The translations under genes and the position numbers were made by a program. Positions 18,843 through 30,306 of a stretch of 64,000 nt of DNA are shown piece by piece. The notes below the pieces were generated by a model. The model was not told the DNA's origin. It made no database searches and saw only the letters and a program-made list of their open reading frames with translations. This DNA is from a virus. Its lineage: Duplodnaviria; Caudoviricetes. Location of the stretch: positions 32,001-96,000 of IMG/VR virus record IMGVR_UViG_3300037721_000031. The stretch is one strand, 5' to 3'. Within the stretch, counting starts at the first letter, position 1. Each line of letters starts with the position of its first letter.

Positions 18843-21056
18843 ATGACTATCCTATTTGCATCGGACTGGGGTAAATACCCAGGTGCAATCATAGATTTAA
18901 AAACCCGCAACACTTCTTTTATTCGCATGGCGAGTGTACTGCGTTCAATGGGTGTTAAGAATCATGCTTTTCCTCTTGCACTGCATGATAAAACATTACA
19001 AGGTGTAGATCCTTTTGATATTACGAGACTCACTCTTGAACAGCAGTTACGTATTGCGTTAGAATGTAAAAATAATTATTGGTATTATTTTCGAGAGATA
19101 GCAAAAACTTCATCTATCGGTAGTACTGATTCTAAACCATTTCAATGCAATCGTGGTAACATTGCTTTAGCGTGGTTATTCTTTAACCACATTATGCAAA
19201 TTCTTATCCAGCCACGTCAGACTGGTAAGTCTTTCGGTACTGACACAATAATGACTTTGTTATTAAACGTCGTTTGTGTAAATACAAAAATAAATCTATT
19301 AACGAAAGATGATACGTTGAGGCGTTCTAATATACAACGCTTGAAAGATATTGCTAATGAATTACCAATTTATCTACAGCAAAAAGGTCCGACTGACTTA
19401 AACAATACTGAGGAAATTACAATTAATTCATTAGGTAATAGATATACAACACACGTTCCTCAGATGTCAGTTAAGAAAGCTATTGGTTTAGGTCGAGGTC
19501 TGACAACACCAATATTCCACATTGATGAAGCTCCATTTCAGTCAAATATAGAAATTGCTTTACCAGCAGCACTAGCCGCTATGGGTGCCGCTGTGGATAA
19601 GGCTGCCGATGAAGATGCTCCTTATGGTACTATTATTACAACTACAGCTGGTAAGAAGGATGATAAAGACGGTCGTTTTATTTATAACATGATGTCTGAA
19701 TCAGCTAATTGGACAGAACGTTTTTTAGACGCTGTTGATCATTCTGATTTAGAAAATATGATACGTCGTAATAGTCGTACTGGTAAGTTAAGAGTGTCGT
19801 GTGTTTTTAATCATCGACAACTAGGCAAGACAGATGACTGGTTACGTCGTAAGTTAGAAGAAGCTGTGCAATCAGGAGACGATGCTAACCGAGACTTCTT
19901 TAACATGTGGACTTCTGGCTCACAGACTAATCCATTACCTACAAGTGTCTTGGAAACAATCCGTGCTAGTGCTAAAGAAGTGAAGTATGTAGATATCTCG
20001 CCAATAAACGGTTATGTCACTAACTGGTACATTAATGAAGATGAGATAGAAGCTAGAATGGCGAATGGTCAATTCGTTCTAGGTATGGATACATCCGAAG
20101 CTTCTGGTGGCGATGATATTTCGCTTATTCTAGTAGATGTACGTACATTAGATTTAGTTGCATCAGGTACTTACAATGAAACTAATCTACTCATGTTTTC
20201 TAAGTGGGTAGCTCAGTGGTTTGTTAGGTTTCGTAACTTTACAGCTATTATTGAAAGACGATCTACTGGCGGTATGCTTCTTGATTATCTTCTCATTATG
20301 TTACCGGAAATGGGAATTGACCCATTTGTGAGACTGTTTAACATGATTGTTCATGAGAAAGATGAACAGCCTGAGCGTTACGCTGAAATTTGTCAACCAA
20401 TGAGTAGACGTGATTCTAATATTTACGTCAAGATGAAGAAGGCTTTTGGTTACGCCACCAGTGGATCTGGAGTAACTTCTCGCACAGCCCTGTATTCAGC
20501 AACATTGAAATTAGCCGCTACTCGTGCTGCATCTAAAATATATGATAAAAGTCTTATTGATCAAATAACAGGCTTAATTGTAAAGAATGGTAGAATCGAC
20601 CACGAAGATGGGGCACATGACGACATGGTCATTGGTTGGCTACTATGTATGTGGTTAATTACTTCTGGCGTTAATTTATCACATTACGGTATAGATACAT
20701 CTAAGTTAATGAGTAGAATTGTTGAGATTGAACATTTAGACCCTCATGAGATTTTTGAGAGACGGCAACAAGCTGATCTGAGAAAGAAGCTAGATGATCT
20801 TAGTGATCAATTAGCTAAAACTGCTGATGATTACGTGTCGATGAAAATTGAACATCAAATGCGATCATTAATGCACGGTATCACAGTAGAAGAAGATGAA
20901 ATTCTTTCTGTTGACGAAATGATAAGAATTAGTCGAGAGCGTCGAAAGACTAACAGACTTGATAAGTATTCATCGAGTAATGGACAGAATAATCATTGGT
21001 CTAAGTATCAACAACATACTCCGCAGTCTAGCGGGTATTTTGTAAGAGGTGTATAA
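18843..21056 (+). CDS. terL: Terminase large subunit (phiKZ gp25-like)
   Basis: Walker A QPRQTGKS, Walker B FHIDE, RNase H-like nuclease VLGMDTSE, and HDDMVIGW. Confidence 0.92.
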   Translation: MTILFASDWGKYPGAIIDLKTRNTSFIRMASVLRSMGVKNHAFPLALHDKTLQGVDPFDITRLTLEQQLRIALECKNNYWYYFREIAKTSSIGSTDSKPFQCNRGNIALAWLFFNHIMQILIQPRQTGKSFGTDTIMTLLLNVVCVNTKINLLTKDDTLRRSNIQRLKDIANELPIYLQQKGPTDLNNTEEITINSLGNRYTTHVPQMSVKKAIGLGRGLTTPIFHIDEAPFQSNIEIALPAALAAMGAAVDKAADEDAPYGTIITTTAGKKDDKDGRFIYNMMSESANWTERFLDAVDHSDLENMIRRNSRTGKLRVSCVFNHRQLGKTDDWLRRKLEEAVQSGDDANRDFFNMWTSGSQTNPLPTSVLETIRASAKEVKYVDISPINGYVTNWYINEDEIEARMANGQFVLGMDTSEASGGDDISLILVDVRTLDLVASGTYNETNLLMFSKWVAQWFVRFRNFTAIIERRSTGGMLLDYLLIMLPEMGIDPFVRLFNMIVHEKDEQPERYAEICQPMSRRDSNIYVKMKKAFGYATSGSGVTSRTALYSATLKLAATRAASKIYDKSLIDQITGLIVKNGRIDHEDGAHDDMVIGWLLCMWLITSGVNLSHYGIDTSKLMSRIVEIEHLDPHEIFERRQQADLRKKLDDLSDQLAKTADDYVSMKIEHQMRSLMHGITVEEDEILSVDEMIRISRERRKTNRLDKYSSSNGQNNHWSKYQQHTPQSSGYFVRGV

Positions 21057-21058
21057 GC

Positions 21059-21097
21059 CGGCATAAAGACCACGGGATTCCCGTGGTCTTTATGCCG
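21059..21097. terminator. GGCATAA-family palindrome between the convergent terL and tube genes
   Basis: 19-bp arms cggcataaagaccacggga-t-tcccgtggtctttatgccg. Confidence 0.85.
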
Positions 21098-21123
21098 TTT
21101 GCGTGTCCAGCGCTTTTAAAAAA

Positions 21124-21993
21124 TTAAACTTGTAAAGCCGTGTTGGCTAAACCAGTTACCCGAGAACCATAACCTTCGCTTTGCTTCGAAACATCAGCAG
21201 AGATTCCATCCACAAAGGATTGACGTGCATAGGGGTTCGCGCCCACTACAGACATGGAATCAAGCAGTGTCTGACAGAATGCGTCAACACCAATACCAGT
21301 TTGAGAAATAGCAGTGAAGTTGATGTCATAAGTAACAGCTTCACCAGCTGCAGCCAATTCACGCTTACCTGTGATTTCACCGGTTCCTTGCGGGAACATG
21401 TTAGTGCACAGCCAGCTCTTGACTACCTTTGAATGAGTAGGATCAGGTTCGATGAACGCACACGTCATCGAGTACATATCCATCAACATGTCAGCAGGAA
21501 CCTGACCGCCTAAAGTAGCAATATTAGCCACCTTAGAATCCGGATCCATCAACAGGTTACGAATCCATGCGCCCATGAAGCTAGCCACCGGCATGCCATA
21601 CTTTTCATTCCAGCGAAACACAGGGTTAGAACGTGCACGAGTCACATTCATGTAATCCTGATGCATTTCACCAGCGCCACCAACAGGCGATGTATCGTCA
21701 ACCGCAACTTCAAGACCTTGAGACAAACCATCGATAGAGATGGGATGGAGTTCAACAAGAGCTCTCAGAGTAGCTACCCAGTTATCCGGGTTAGACATAA
21801 ACTGGAAACCACGAGGAGCTTCCACTAACAGACAGATGAGATTACGACGAACGTATGCTTGATTGCTCACGACCCGAGTCAGGTCGTTTGCATATCCCAT
21901 TTGCCCACCGTAACGCAGATCAACCATTGGGTTTTGATGGCCAGCAGCAAAATCCGGGTTGTTCTGCAAAATTGTATTTGCAAGTCGTGCCAT
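21124..21993 (-). CDS. Tail tube protein (phiKZ gp30-like)
   Basis: 289 aa directly downstream of the sheath; WNEKYGMP and SWLCTNMFP motifs; GC-richer codon usage as expected for an abundant protein. Confidence 0.8.
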   Translation of the reverse strand: MARLANTILQNNPDFAAGHQNPMVDLRYGGQMGYANDLTRVVSNQAYVRRNLICLLVEAPRGFQFMSNPDNWVATLRALVELHPISIDGLSQGLEVAVDDTSPVGGAGEMHQDYMNVTRARSNPVFRWNEKYGMPVASFMGAWIRNLLMDPDSKVANIATLGGQVPADMLMDMYSMTCAFIEPDPTHSKVVKSWLCTNMFPQGTGEITGKRELAAAGEAVTYDINFTAISQTGIGVDAFCQTLLDSMSVVGANPYARQSFVDGISADVSKQSEGYGSRVTGLANTALQV

Positions 21994-22129
21994 TACCTGG
22001 CTCCTTCTTAGAAAACGTTAAAGATTCTTAAATGAGAGAATAGTATCGATAGCTATTGGAAGATATTTTTAATAGTGGGTAGAAATTCTCACTTCTACCC
22101 ACTCAAGCTTCTTAATAGCTTAGTAAATA

Positions 22130-24205
22130 TTATTCTTCCAAGTCACTAATGCGACGAGCTTCGATACTCAGCACCGACACAGTCTTCATGTTAGGCGCGT
22201 AGATCTTGATCTTCGTAGTCCACGAATACCCACGAGCAACGTCAGCTTCTGTGAAGTAGACATCAGGTTCAATCACAAAACGATCATCGAAACGACCAAT
22301 GGTGTTATCGATAATGAAACGCTTAACACGCTCGATCAACTGAGCATTTGTCAAATTAGCGCTTCCAGTGAATTGACGCCATGCCCGCTCGCCAACCTTT
22401 TGCAGTTCAACAATAGCCATGGCTGTGAAGAAGCTATTCAGCACAGACGTATCATTGTCATAAACTGTCTTAAGGGCCGGGAAGAAGTAACTACGACGCC
22501 CAAAACTCTGCACCCAGTTCAATCCAGCATCCCAGTCCTTATTCCGAACTGAGGCAGGAGTGAACGTCACGTTGATGTCAGTGAACATCGAAACGTTATT
22601 CAGAGGAGATGCGTCAAATGCAAAACCAGGCTTCCAGCGACCATTACCAGCACCCATGTAAGAAGCCGCCTTACGAGCAACTTCAAGAGTGAGGGGAAGG
22701 TTCTTAGTATACTGCGATTGCAGCAGACGACCAGAACGACCAACCACCATACCGCGCATTACTGCAGTACCGAAGAACTCAGATTCAGGAAACAGTTGAA
22801 GACGCGTCTTCAGAGCAATAGCCAGAGAGCTTTCTTGAGAAGCAGTCAGAGTCAGACCAAGAACGTCGTGCGTAGACAGAACAACAAACGTATCCTTACG
22901 CACAGCAATGAAACTACAAAGAGCGTGCTTCGTAGCCAGGGGGAACCCGCTATCATAAATGATAGATTCAGGATAACGTGCCGAGTCCATGAGTACACTG
23001 TTCTCGTTAGCATACTCAGTGACAGCGGTAGTCACCAAATCAGCAAACAAGGTTTCATTCATTGTACCATCTTTACCACCAATCGCGTAGATTGTGGACG
23101 ACTCACTCAACCGAACGCTGTTGCCAGCTTCAATTAATTCGAATGTTTCGTACGGAACACCAGATGAATGCAGACCGTTAATAAGGTTGACCTTATATTC
23201 CCCGCCAGCAGTACCGTCTAAGTCATTACCGTCACCAGTCCACAAAGATTCAGTATCGTAGACATCGTTCAGGATACTAGCCAGATTGGCGTGATAAATA
23301 TGCATTTCGCCAAAAGGACCATACGTCGGAGGATTCACTGTGGAATCAAAATCCTGATAAGCTTGAAGGAAGACATCTTCAATCGACAGCTTACTATCAG
23401 TATTACGGTCAATAACTTGAGCTTTCCAAGTCACATCTCTAAACTGTTCAGCAGCCAGTGTCTCAACGATAGTCGGTGTCGACAGATCATCCTTACGATA
23501 CACGCAAGCAATACGGAAAGGATATACCTTTTCATTGGAGATAATACGTTCATCGACAGGCGACGATGAAGTAGTTGTCGGTGCCCAAATGCGAATACCG
23601 AAGTTGCTGCTATCGGCACCGAAATACGGGCCACGAAGATCCATGATCGGATAACGAACAGATTGAGTAGCTCCGTCAGTTTGATCACCAGGTGCTTGAG
23701 CAGCTTGGCCGAATGAGTCATTACCGCTAACGGGTAACACTTCAGCGACTACCCACTTTGCCTTGATACCAGCAACTTGTTCCCCAGTAGGAACCTTTAA
23801 GCCATCAACGTCAAGAGTGAATGAGCCATCAGCTTCACGTTCATACGTATCGATATCTCCTTGCAAGACATCCAGATATAAACGAATAGAAGCAGGAGAA
23901 CCAGCGTCAGAAGGCTTCACGCGCTGAACCATCTGCGCGTTACCCTGACTGTTGATGATGTTGCTAAGAACAGTAGCATGCGTTGCAAACGAGCTACGAA
24001 GATCAAAGCTATCAGCACCGTACATTGCTGTACGGCTATTACCCACTACCAGTTGAGGAGTGGTGGGGCCTTTCTTAGCATAGATGTATACTTTCGGGAG
24101 GTGAGTAGGAATTACTTCCGGCTCAGGGACAAGAGCGCGAGTGCTCTTATCATCCGTCCCACGAAAGATGGTCATCGGCGCGCCATTGACAATAGTAGTG
24201 GACAT
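22130..24205 (-). CDS. Contractile tail sheath protein (phiKZ gp29-like)
   Basis: 691 aa; PTHLPKVYIYAKKGP, IIYDSGF and C-terminal GYSWTTKIKIYAPNMKTV sheath-like motifs. Confidence 0.85.
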   Translation of the reverse strand: MSTTIVNGAPMTIFRGTDDKSTRALVPEPEVIPTHLPKVYIYAKKGPTTPQLVVGNSRTAMYGADSFDLRSSFATHATVLSNIINSQGNAQMVQRVKPSDAGSPASIRLYLDVLQGDIDTYEREADGSFTLDVDGLKVPTGEQVAGIKAKWVVAEVLPVSGNDSFGQAAQAPGDQTDGATQSVRYPIMDLRGPYFGADSSNFGIRIWAPTTTSSSPVDERIISNEKVYPFRIACVYRKDDLSTPTIVETLAAEQFRDVTWKAQVIDRNTDSKLSIEDVFLQAYQDFDSTVNPPTYGPFGEMHIYHANLASILNDVYDTESLWTGDGNDLDGTAGGEYKVNLINGLHSSGVPYETFELIEAGNSVRLSESSTIYAIGGKDGTMNETLFADLVTTAVTEYANENSVLMDSARYPESIIYDSGFPLATKHALCSFIAVRKDTFVVLSTHDVLGLTLTASQESSLAIALKTRLQLFPESEFFGTAVMRGMVVGRSGRLLQSQYTKNLPLTLEVARKAASYMGAGNGRWKPGFAFDASPLNNVSMFTDINVTFTPASVRNKDWDAGLNWVQSFGRRSYFFPALKTVYDNDTSVLNSFFTAMAIVELQKVGERAWRQFTGSANLTNAQLIERVKRFIIDNTIGRFDDRFVIEPDVYFTEADVARGYSWTTKIKIYAPNMKTVSVLSIEARRISDLEE

Positions 24206-24640
24206 ATTAAAATTCCGTAAATGAGTGGAGACAGATACCTTAAATGTATAGAATTTTCTTTGTACTATACGTTGACGGTAAGATTTCCTAAAAGACTAAT
24301 CTGACAACAGTGCGTGTGACTATACAAATAAGTTTTTTATTTCAATACAAATCACTTATTATTTAGAAGACGCTATTATTGTTTAGCCTGAATTTTTTCA
24401 AATCACAAGTGAAAAAGACTGACTAGTCTTTTCATATGTGACGCAGAGTGGTATTTCGACCGTAGATGTATATCCCGGTAAATACAATTTATGAGTAAGA
24501 TCTTTTTTAATAACACTGATCATAAAAAATGTGATTCTTTATGCGAATGTGTTGTCGCATTCATAATAAATGTCAGTAAGAAGATAATGCTCCATTTTCT
24601 ATACAAATTATTTACAGTTAGCTGAGAAAAGGATAACGAT

Positions 24641-25561
24641 ATGTCTATTTTTAAAACTGCTTATGATACAGCAGCATGTCGAGGTTACATTACAGATAAA
24701 ATTACCGATGGACTTACTCGTGCTGATATCAAGAGTCTTTTAACATCATCTAAGCTAAATGATGTTGCGTTAGTTACCGGCAGTCATTTGGTAGATGAAT
24801 TAGTTCCTACTTTTAGTCATCCTATTTTATTTAAAGACCGTAATGGTACTGAAAAGCTAGCTATTGACGTACGAGGCTATGGTAAGTGGGACAGCGTACA
24901 GCAAGAATATGTGGTGCGTGACACAGCCTCTTATGATGGCTTGATGGTGCGTGCTGGTCTTAATGAGATCTGGTTAGAAGCTAATGGTCCTGATAGAATT
25001 AGGTCTATGTCTGTTTTCCCGTTAAGTGTATTTGCTTCTTGGATAGGTGAAGCAGTAGCAAAACGTTTAGCATTGGAAGCACAAGATCAGTTCACTGTAT
25101 CTGTACTAGCAGCTATTTTCTATTTAAATCTTTTTTGGGATAATGAACGCAGTACAAATCCTAACAAGATGGATAAAGCTTTTCTTGTAAGTGTTATATC
25201 TAGAGGCTTGAATTACAAGTCTGATATGGTTTACGATATTGTTGAAAAACATGCGGGTATCGCGAATGTTAACGACTATTGTGAAGCTTGCAAGAGTTAC
25301 TCGCAAAGTGTACGGCTACGTGATCTAAATGTATCTACACTTTTTGCAATGATTGGTGGTTACTGGTATGGTAATAGCGGCCGCGAAGTTATCGCAGTTG
25401 CACTCGAACATCCGCCAACATGGTTATCCTTGTTATGGCAAGCAATGTATATTCAGGGGTATCGTAACGCAGGTCTTACAAAGATTCTGGAACGCAGTAC
25501 CTATAAGCGGCAGAGTAGCCAGTTCGGATTAGCGGTATCTAGTCTTTTAAAGACTAACTAA
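24641..25561 (+). CDS. Conserved virion/structural protein (phiKZ gp28-like)
   Basis: 306 aa (MSIFKTAYDT...ALEHPPTW), divergent from the sheath gene; assignment by synteny. Confidence 0.6.
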   Translation: MSIFKTAYDTAACRGYITDKITDGLTRADIKSLLTSSKLNDVALVTGSHLVDELVPTFSHPILFKDRNGTEKLAIDVRGYGKWDSVQQEYVVRDTASYDGLMVRAGLNEIWLEANGPDRIRSMSVFPLSVFASWIGEAVAKRLALEAQDQFTVSVLAAIFYLNLFWDNERSTNPNKMDKAFLVSVISRGLNYKSDMVYDIVEKHAGIANVNDYCEACKSYSQSVRLRDLNVSTLFAMIGGYWYGNSGREVIAVALEHPPTWLSLLWQAMYIQGYRNAGLTKILERSTYKRQSSQFGLAVSSLLKTN

Positions 25562-25635
25562 TGCTCCAACTGGTGCCGTCCAATTTGTAAAACCGCTAGA
25601 ATATATTTACTAGAGGTCTTCTAGGATACACTTCA

Positions 25636-28257
25636 ATGAGCAATAGTTATAAAGTAATGGGTGATTTCTTGCAACGCCATGCATATCAAAATGTATGGTG
25701 TACACCCGATCAAGACAAACAAGCAATATTTAAACCTGCACGAATTACTAGAGACAATGGTACTTGGAGTACTATTACTGTAATGTGGCGTACTTACAGG
25801 CTACCTGACGAGACCTCTAGATTTCATGTATATCAGCTAGGGCAAGTCCACCCAATGCTGTTAGGTCTTGCAGCTGCTATTGGTGAGTGGAAGTCTGTAG
25901 CTCAAACGTGTATAGATGAGAGTCTGATAGTTGATCTATATACAGTAACAGGTGTACAGATTCACCGCACACAAGCTTACTATTTAGTAACAGCTGAAAA
26001 GAATTTAGTATTAGTTGTAAGGATACCCAATAAAACTAAAGTACCAATCGATCTTAATACAGATGATTTATATATTAGACTTTATTCCAATGCATTTTAT
26101 AATACGTTACGTGCTGATGGAGTAGACGACATTGTCCATGTAGAAGGACGTGTAATTACCAGTACACAGGACATTCTTGATGTTCAGCAGAATCTGGCTA
26201 CTTGGAATACTCGCAGTATAGGTCACTGTTATTGCTTTATTAACGGATTTCGTGTAGACGCAATCGACATGATTACTGCTAGAGTTGGTGATCTGGTTGA
26301 GTTTGTTTATGACGGATCTATCAAGCTAGTTGTAAGCTTCCCGGTTTCAGATTTACAACAATTCACAAGTACACTCGACCAAAATAGCAAGTACTTGCTG
26401 CACCATAGTCAACCAAGTACTACGATCGACTACATTGACGATATTGATGTCTTTCTAGTAAAGCCACTACCGAACAGCCGCTACAAAGGCATATACTTCC
26501 ATAAGAACAACCCTGCAGCTTTACGCATGGTTACTCATAAAGACTACTCTGTGCCTGTACAATACCTGGCATCATACGCACAGCAACGACCAGAGTTAGG
26601 TAGTAATGTTGATAATTTGGTAGTAGAGTTGCATATTCGAAAAGCCGGTTACCAACGAGAACTTGTACTAGAACATCAACGTATTGCTCAGCTATATACA
26701 TTACCAGATGACGATGTAACTAGAGCTATGGCTGGTATAGATTCCACAGTAAGTGTATGGACAGCCGCAGCATTAGAAGCAAGCGGGTACACTGCATTAA
26801 TGCGAGCTAGGCTCGGTGATATTAGTACCGAGTTAGTACAGAATGCTTACGGATACAATGCTGCGAGTAAGTTGGTAGGAGATACACCGACTCATGTGGA
26901 AGTAATGGGTAACATTAAATTTATTAATGTACCGATTGCATTACAAAACGAATCTACTGCTTACGAATATGACTCTGATGGATTACTGCTTGGATGGAGT
27001 GTTCATACAGGTAGTTCAGTGTATGTAGCCCAGTATGAAGATACCGCACTTATAGAAATGATGTTCGGCGCAGCTTCTGAAAGTTTACAAACTTTCTGGG
27101 ATCAACAAACATCGTTACTACCAGTAGGCTATAACTATAGATTCTATACCTGCGGTAAATCTGGTCAACTAATTGATAATAATTGGGTAGACCGTACTGA
27201 TTCAGGATATTACGCCATTATTAATGGGGCGGTAGAATGGGCTGTTAATTCTAGTAATACGTACACTGTTGTTCGTGGTAATAAAAATCATTTGACTTAT
27301 GAATTAGAGTACTACGCAGTAGATAGTCTTATAGCATTTACTTTACGCGAATACCACACGGAGTTACAAACATATAGAGTTCTTCCATTCCCACCCGGTA
27401 AGATCGAAATCTTTCTTAACGGTAAAAGCTTGATAGAGACACTCGATTACTTTATAGACTTCCCTAGAGTAGTGGTTACAAATAAAGAATATTTAGATAA
27501 TCCACATATTGAAGCTCAGAAAATAGTAGTGAGAATGACTGGCTTCTGTGATAATCAATTAGATTATGAACAAGTACAAGATGTTGGCTTTGTACGCTAC
27601 GGTGTGTTATCGATGAACAATCGATTTGACGTACGTGGTGATAAAGTTAATCGCATAGTTGTAGATGGTGCGCTGTATCGGTTCGATGAATTTGAGTATG
27701 CTGAAAGTGATTTCGATGTTCATGTTACAGATGCCCGTAATGGATCACCGTACTCAATTACAGATATTGTAGTACCGATGAATAGTCACTTGCATTCTGA
27801 AGATACTCGAGATGACCCGACATACCGGTTAAGAGCTCTATCTAGAGAAGTCGATGTGGAAGTATCTGATTACTTGTCATTGAAGATCCCAGAAAAAGAC
27901 CCTGAGGAACCTAGTGCAATTACTGAAAGATATAGGATCGTTAGTCCGTTTTTTAGTAAGATTATTTATGATCTGATTAGTGGCGCGTTATGGCAGCAAA
28001 GATTCACAGAACACTACGGTGAAGACTACGTAAGAGAGATGTGTCTTCCTTATGAGTACTTGCTAGCTACAGATCCAATTAAAGAAGGTCTTACCCCAAA
28101 TACAGATTTTGTAACTATTCATCCTCATAATCTCAATAACTATGTGGACATGGGTATTTATCAGTATAAATTTCTGAACAGGGTAGTTACTATATACGGA
28201 TTAGGAAAGATTGAAATATCTTCTCATGTCAGAGTTTTAATCTTCGGTGAAGAGTGA
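25636..28257 (+). CDS. Virion structural, probable baseplate protein (phiKZ gp27-like)
   Basis: 873 aa with NVWCTPDQD.Q and RMVTHKDYSVP motifs; synteny. Confidence 0.65.
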   Translation: MSNSYKVMGDFLQRHAYQNVWCTPDQDKQAIFKPARITRDNGTWSTITVMWRTYRLPDETSRFHVYQLGQVHPMLLGLAAAIGEWKSVAQTCIDESLIVDLYTVTGVQIHRTQAYYLVTAEKNLVLVVRIPNKTKVPIDLNTDDLYIRLYSNAFYNTLRADGVDDIVHVEGRVITSTQDILDVQQNLATWNTRSIGHCYCFINGFRVDAIDMITARVGDLVEFVYDGSIKLVVSFPVSDLQQFTSTLDQNSKYLLHHSQPSTTIDYIDDIDVFLVKPLPNSRYKGIYFHKNNPAALRMVTHKDYSVPVQYLASYAQQRPELGSNVDNLVVELHIRKAGYQRELVLEHQRIAQLYTLPDDDVTRAMAGIDSTVSVWTAAALEASGYTALMRARLGDISTELVQNAYGYNAASKLVGDTPTHVEVMGNIKFINVPIALQNESTAYEYDSDGLLLGWSVHTGSSVYVAQYEDTALIEMMFGAASESLQTFWDQQTSLLPVGYNYRFYTCGKSGQLIDNNWVDRTDSGYYAIINGAVEWAVNSSNTYTVVRGNKNHLTYELEYYAVDSLIAFTLREYHTELQTYRVLPFPPGKIEIFLNGKSLIETLDYFIDFPRVVVTNKEYLDNPHIEAQKIVVRMTGFCDNQLDYEQVQDVGFVRYGVLSMNNRFDVRGDKVNRIVVDGALYRFDEFEYAESDFDVHVTDARNGSPYSITDIVVPMNSHLHSEDTRDDPTYRLRALSREVDVEVSDYLSLKIPEKDPEEPSAITERYRIVSPFFSKIIYDLISGALWQQRFTEHYGEDYVREMCLPYEYLLATDPIKEGLTPNTDFVTIHPHNLNNYVDMGIYQYKFLNRVVTIYGLGKIEISSHVRVLIFGEE

Positions 28258-28276
28258 TTCTCTTAACAATTTCTAA

Positions 28277-28300
28277 GAGGGCTCTAGAAATAGAGCCCTC
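28277..28300 (+). terminator. Hairpin with a GAAA tetraloop
   Basis: gagggctcta-gaaa-tagagccctc followed by aatttt. Confidence 0.55.
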
Positions 28301-28321
28301 AATTTTGGAGCTATATTTAAA

Positions 28322-30025
28322 ATGAGTGATCCCATATCGACCAGTGGTATTTATGGGTCGGTCGACGGGCAGACTCCAATTTATAATGCCGCAGGACGTT
28401 TTACAGTTTGGGCATTGACGGAGATCTACCAAGGTACAATCGGTGAAAATCGGTATGTACCAAAGATCGGCGACTTAGTAAAAGACATGGACTTAGGTCT
28501 TGAGTTTAAGGTAACGGCAATTGATCCATCTACATTGATGGTTACGCTTCAACCAATTAATACTATTCAAAGTGGTGACTTTACTGAAGAAGATTTGTTA
28601 CTCGGTGTTGGACCTGGTACTCAGTCTGATACTTATCGTGTTTATCTTGACAGCAGTGTTGTGCCTCATGCTCTTGCCGTAGATGCACGACTGTCTGTTG
28701 CTGGGACGATGGCATCATACTGTCGTATCTTCCGTGGAGCAGATTTAACTAGTGGCGGTGACGTTATTAGTGGCTTCTATGATACTCAAGGAAACCTCAC
28801 AAGTGACGTTGTTCCGTTAGAAGTTGTGTACATGCCAGCTGGTCAGAATACGTCTATCAAGACTGTTCCGGTATGTTACACGATGGATACCCTTCCAGAT
28901 GGTGAAATCGTAACAGCGGTGATGTATTCGGATGCCGGACATGTAATCTCTAAGCGTCAGTTACTTATCGAAAATACTTCATTTATTCGTGCAGCTAGTA
29001 GTCCCGCGCGTTACATTACAGGTATTTCGTTAGAGTGTCCATTCCTGTCTACATCAGATACACGACTGATTAACCTTCCGATTAACGTATTACTTACCGG
29101 CATCAACATGCTGGGTGTCGTACACTACTCAGATGGTGCTGTTGTTAAGATGCCTGTGGACGGTACTAAGTTTGCTATTCTTGGTATGGACGGTTACGTA
29201 GCCACTGTTGTAAATCAACAAGCTTCATTAGTACTTCGCTATCGCTTGTCATCTGATGAAGTAGTATACGGTCACGGTACAGGAGAGTTTCCACATATCT
29301 CTGAAGCGTATCGGATTAAGACAGCTCAAGCTGACGGTGCATACAGTGTTAAGCTTTACTGCTATCCTATTTGGCTGGACTCAGTCAATGGGTACACTCT
29401 GCGTTGGTACATGTATAATGCTGATCGTACTGTAGTTTACAATGTGACAGGACTAGTAGAGATTAGTTCTACAGGACCTGCATTTAATCCTATTCTGTAC
29501 GGCGTTAATCAACGACTTTCTGTAGCTATTAATCTACAAGAGGTAAATGGTTCTTACCGTAACTACAGACATACTCAAACTGTCGAAATCATTCTGTGGA
29601 CTCCTGGATCCGAACATAATGATGTCAACTGGTCTATTGCATTCGATATTGGTCAAAATCCTCCGTTTGGTGTTGATCCGCATTATGCTGCATTAGAATT
29701 CGTTAACTCGAATCTATACCGTTTGAATTTAGCATCAGGAGCCACTACCTTGAATGAGTGGCTTGATAAGATATATTACAGTACTAAGCCATTGATTGAT
29801 CAACAAAGAGAATTAGTAGCGCCAGCTCCTACTCACTTTAGAATTAAGTTTGGTGTTTACGATCTCACATTCAATATTTCTGAATGGAATGTTACTAAGC
29901 AAATTGGTACCGGCTTAGCTAACAACGATACTGTATTTGTTGAATTTATTAAGCGTACTTCACTAACGGACATTCAACTCAGTATTGCAGGATTACCAGT
30001 ATGGCAGCTTTCTTCAGTACCATGA
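28322..30025 (+). CDS. Virion structural, probable baseplate protein (phiKZ gp26-like)
   Basis: 567 aa with RYVPKIGDLV and LLGVGPGTQSDTYRVY motifs; synteny. Confidence 0.65.
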   Translation: MSDPISTSGIYGSVDGQTPIYNAAGRFTVWALTEIYQGTIGENRYVPKIGDLVKDMDLGLEFKVTAIDPSTLMVTLQPINTIQSGDFTEEDLLLGVGPGTQSDTYRVYLDSSVVPHALAVDARLSVAGTMASYCRIFRGADLTSGGDVISGFYDTQGNLTSDVVPLEVVYMPAGQNTSIKTVPVCYTMDTLPDGEIVTAVMYSDAGHVISKRQLLIENTSFIRAASSPARYITGISLECPFLSTSDTRLINLPINVLLTGINMLGVVHYSDGAVVKMPVDGTKFAILGMDGYVATVVNQQASLVLRYRLSSDEVVYGHGTGEFPHISEAYRIKTAQADGAYSVKLYCYPIWLDSVNGYTLRWYMYNADRTVVYNVTGLVEISSTGPAFNPILYGVNQRLSVAINLQEVNGSYRNYRHTQTVEIILWTPGSEHNDVNWSIAFDIGQNPPFGVDPHYAALEFVNSNLYRLNLASGATTLNEWLDKIYYSTKPLIDQQRELVAPAPTHFRIKFGVYDLTFNISEWNVTKQIGTGLANNDTVFVEFIKRTSLTDIQLSIAGLPVWQLSSVP

Positions 30026-30068
30026 TGATTATACTTTAATAAGTATAAGTACATTAGAAAAAAATATA

Positions 30069-30110
30069 GCATAATACACTAGGTCTCACAAGACCTAGTG
30101 TATTTATGTC
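30069..30110. terminator. GGCATAA-family palindrome
   Basis: gcat-aatacactaggtct-caca-agacctagtgtatt-tatgtc. Confidence 0.75.
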
Positions 30111-30306
30111 ACTTAGTAAAAGCGTCTTGAATTGATAATTTTGATTTATATAACCTGTAATACACGTTTAAGATAACTTGGGTTACTAGTCACTAGCTCT
30201 GTAAAAGTTTAAATTTAGTTTTTTTATAATTAATGTCATGAATACCATCAGTATCTTTAATACAATTAATCTAAACGTGGCTAACTTAGCTATACATCTA
30301 AGTACC

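Noticed and set aside
24206-24640. 435-bp gap between the sheath and gp28-like genes as a ncRNA
   Set aside because: Adequately explained as a divergent late-promoter region (several TATG words); only one short hairpin (gaaaaagact/agtcttttc)
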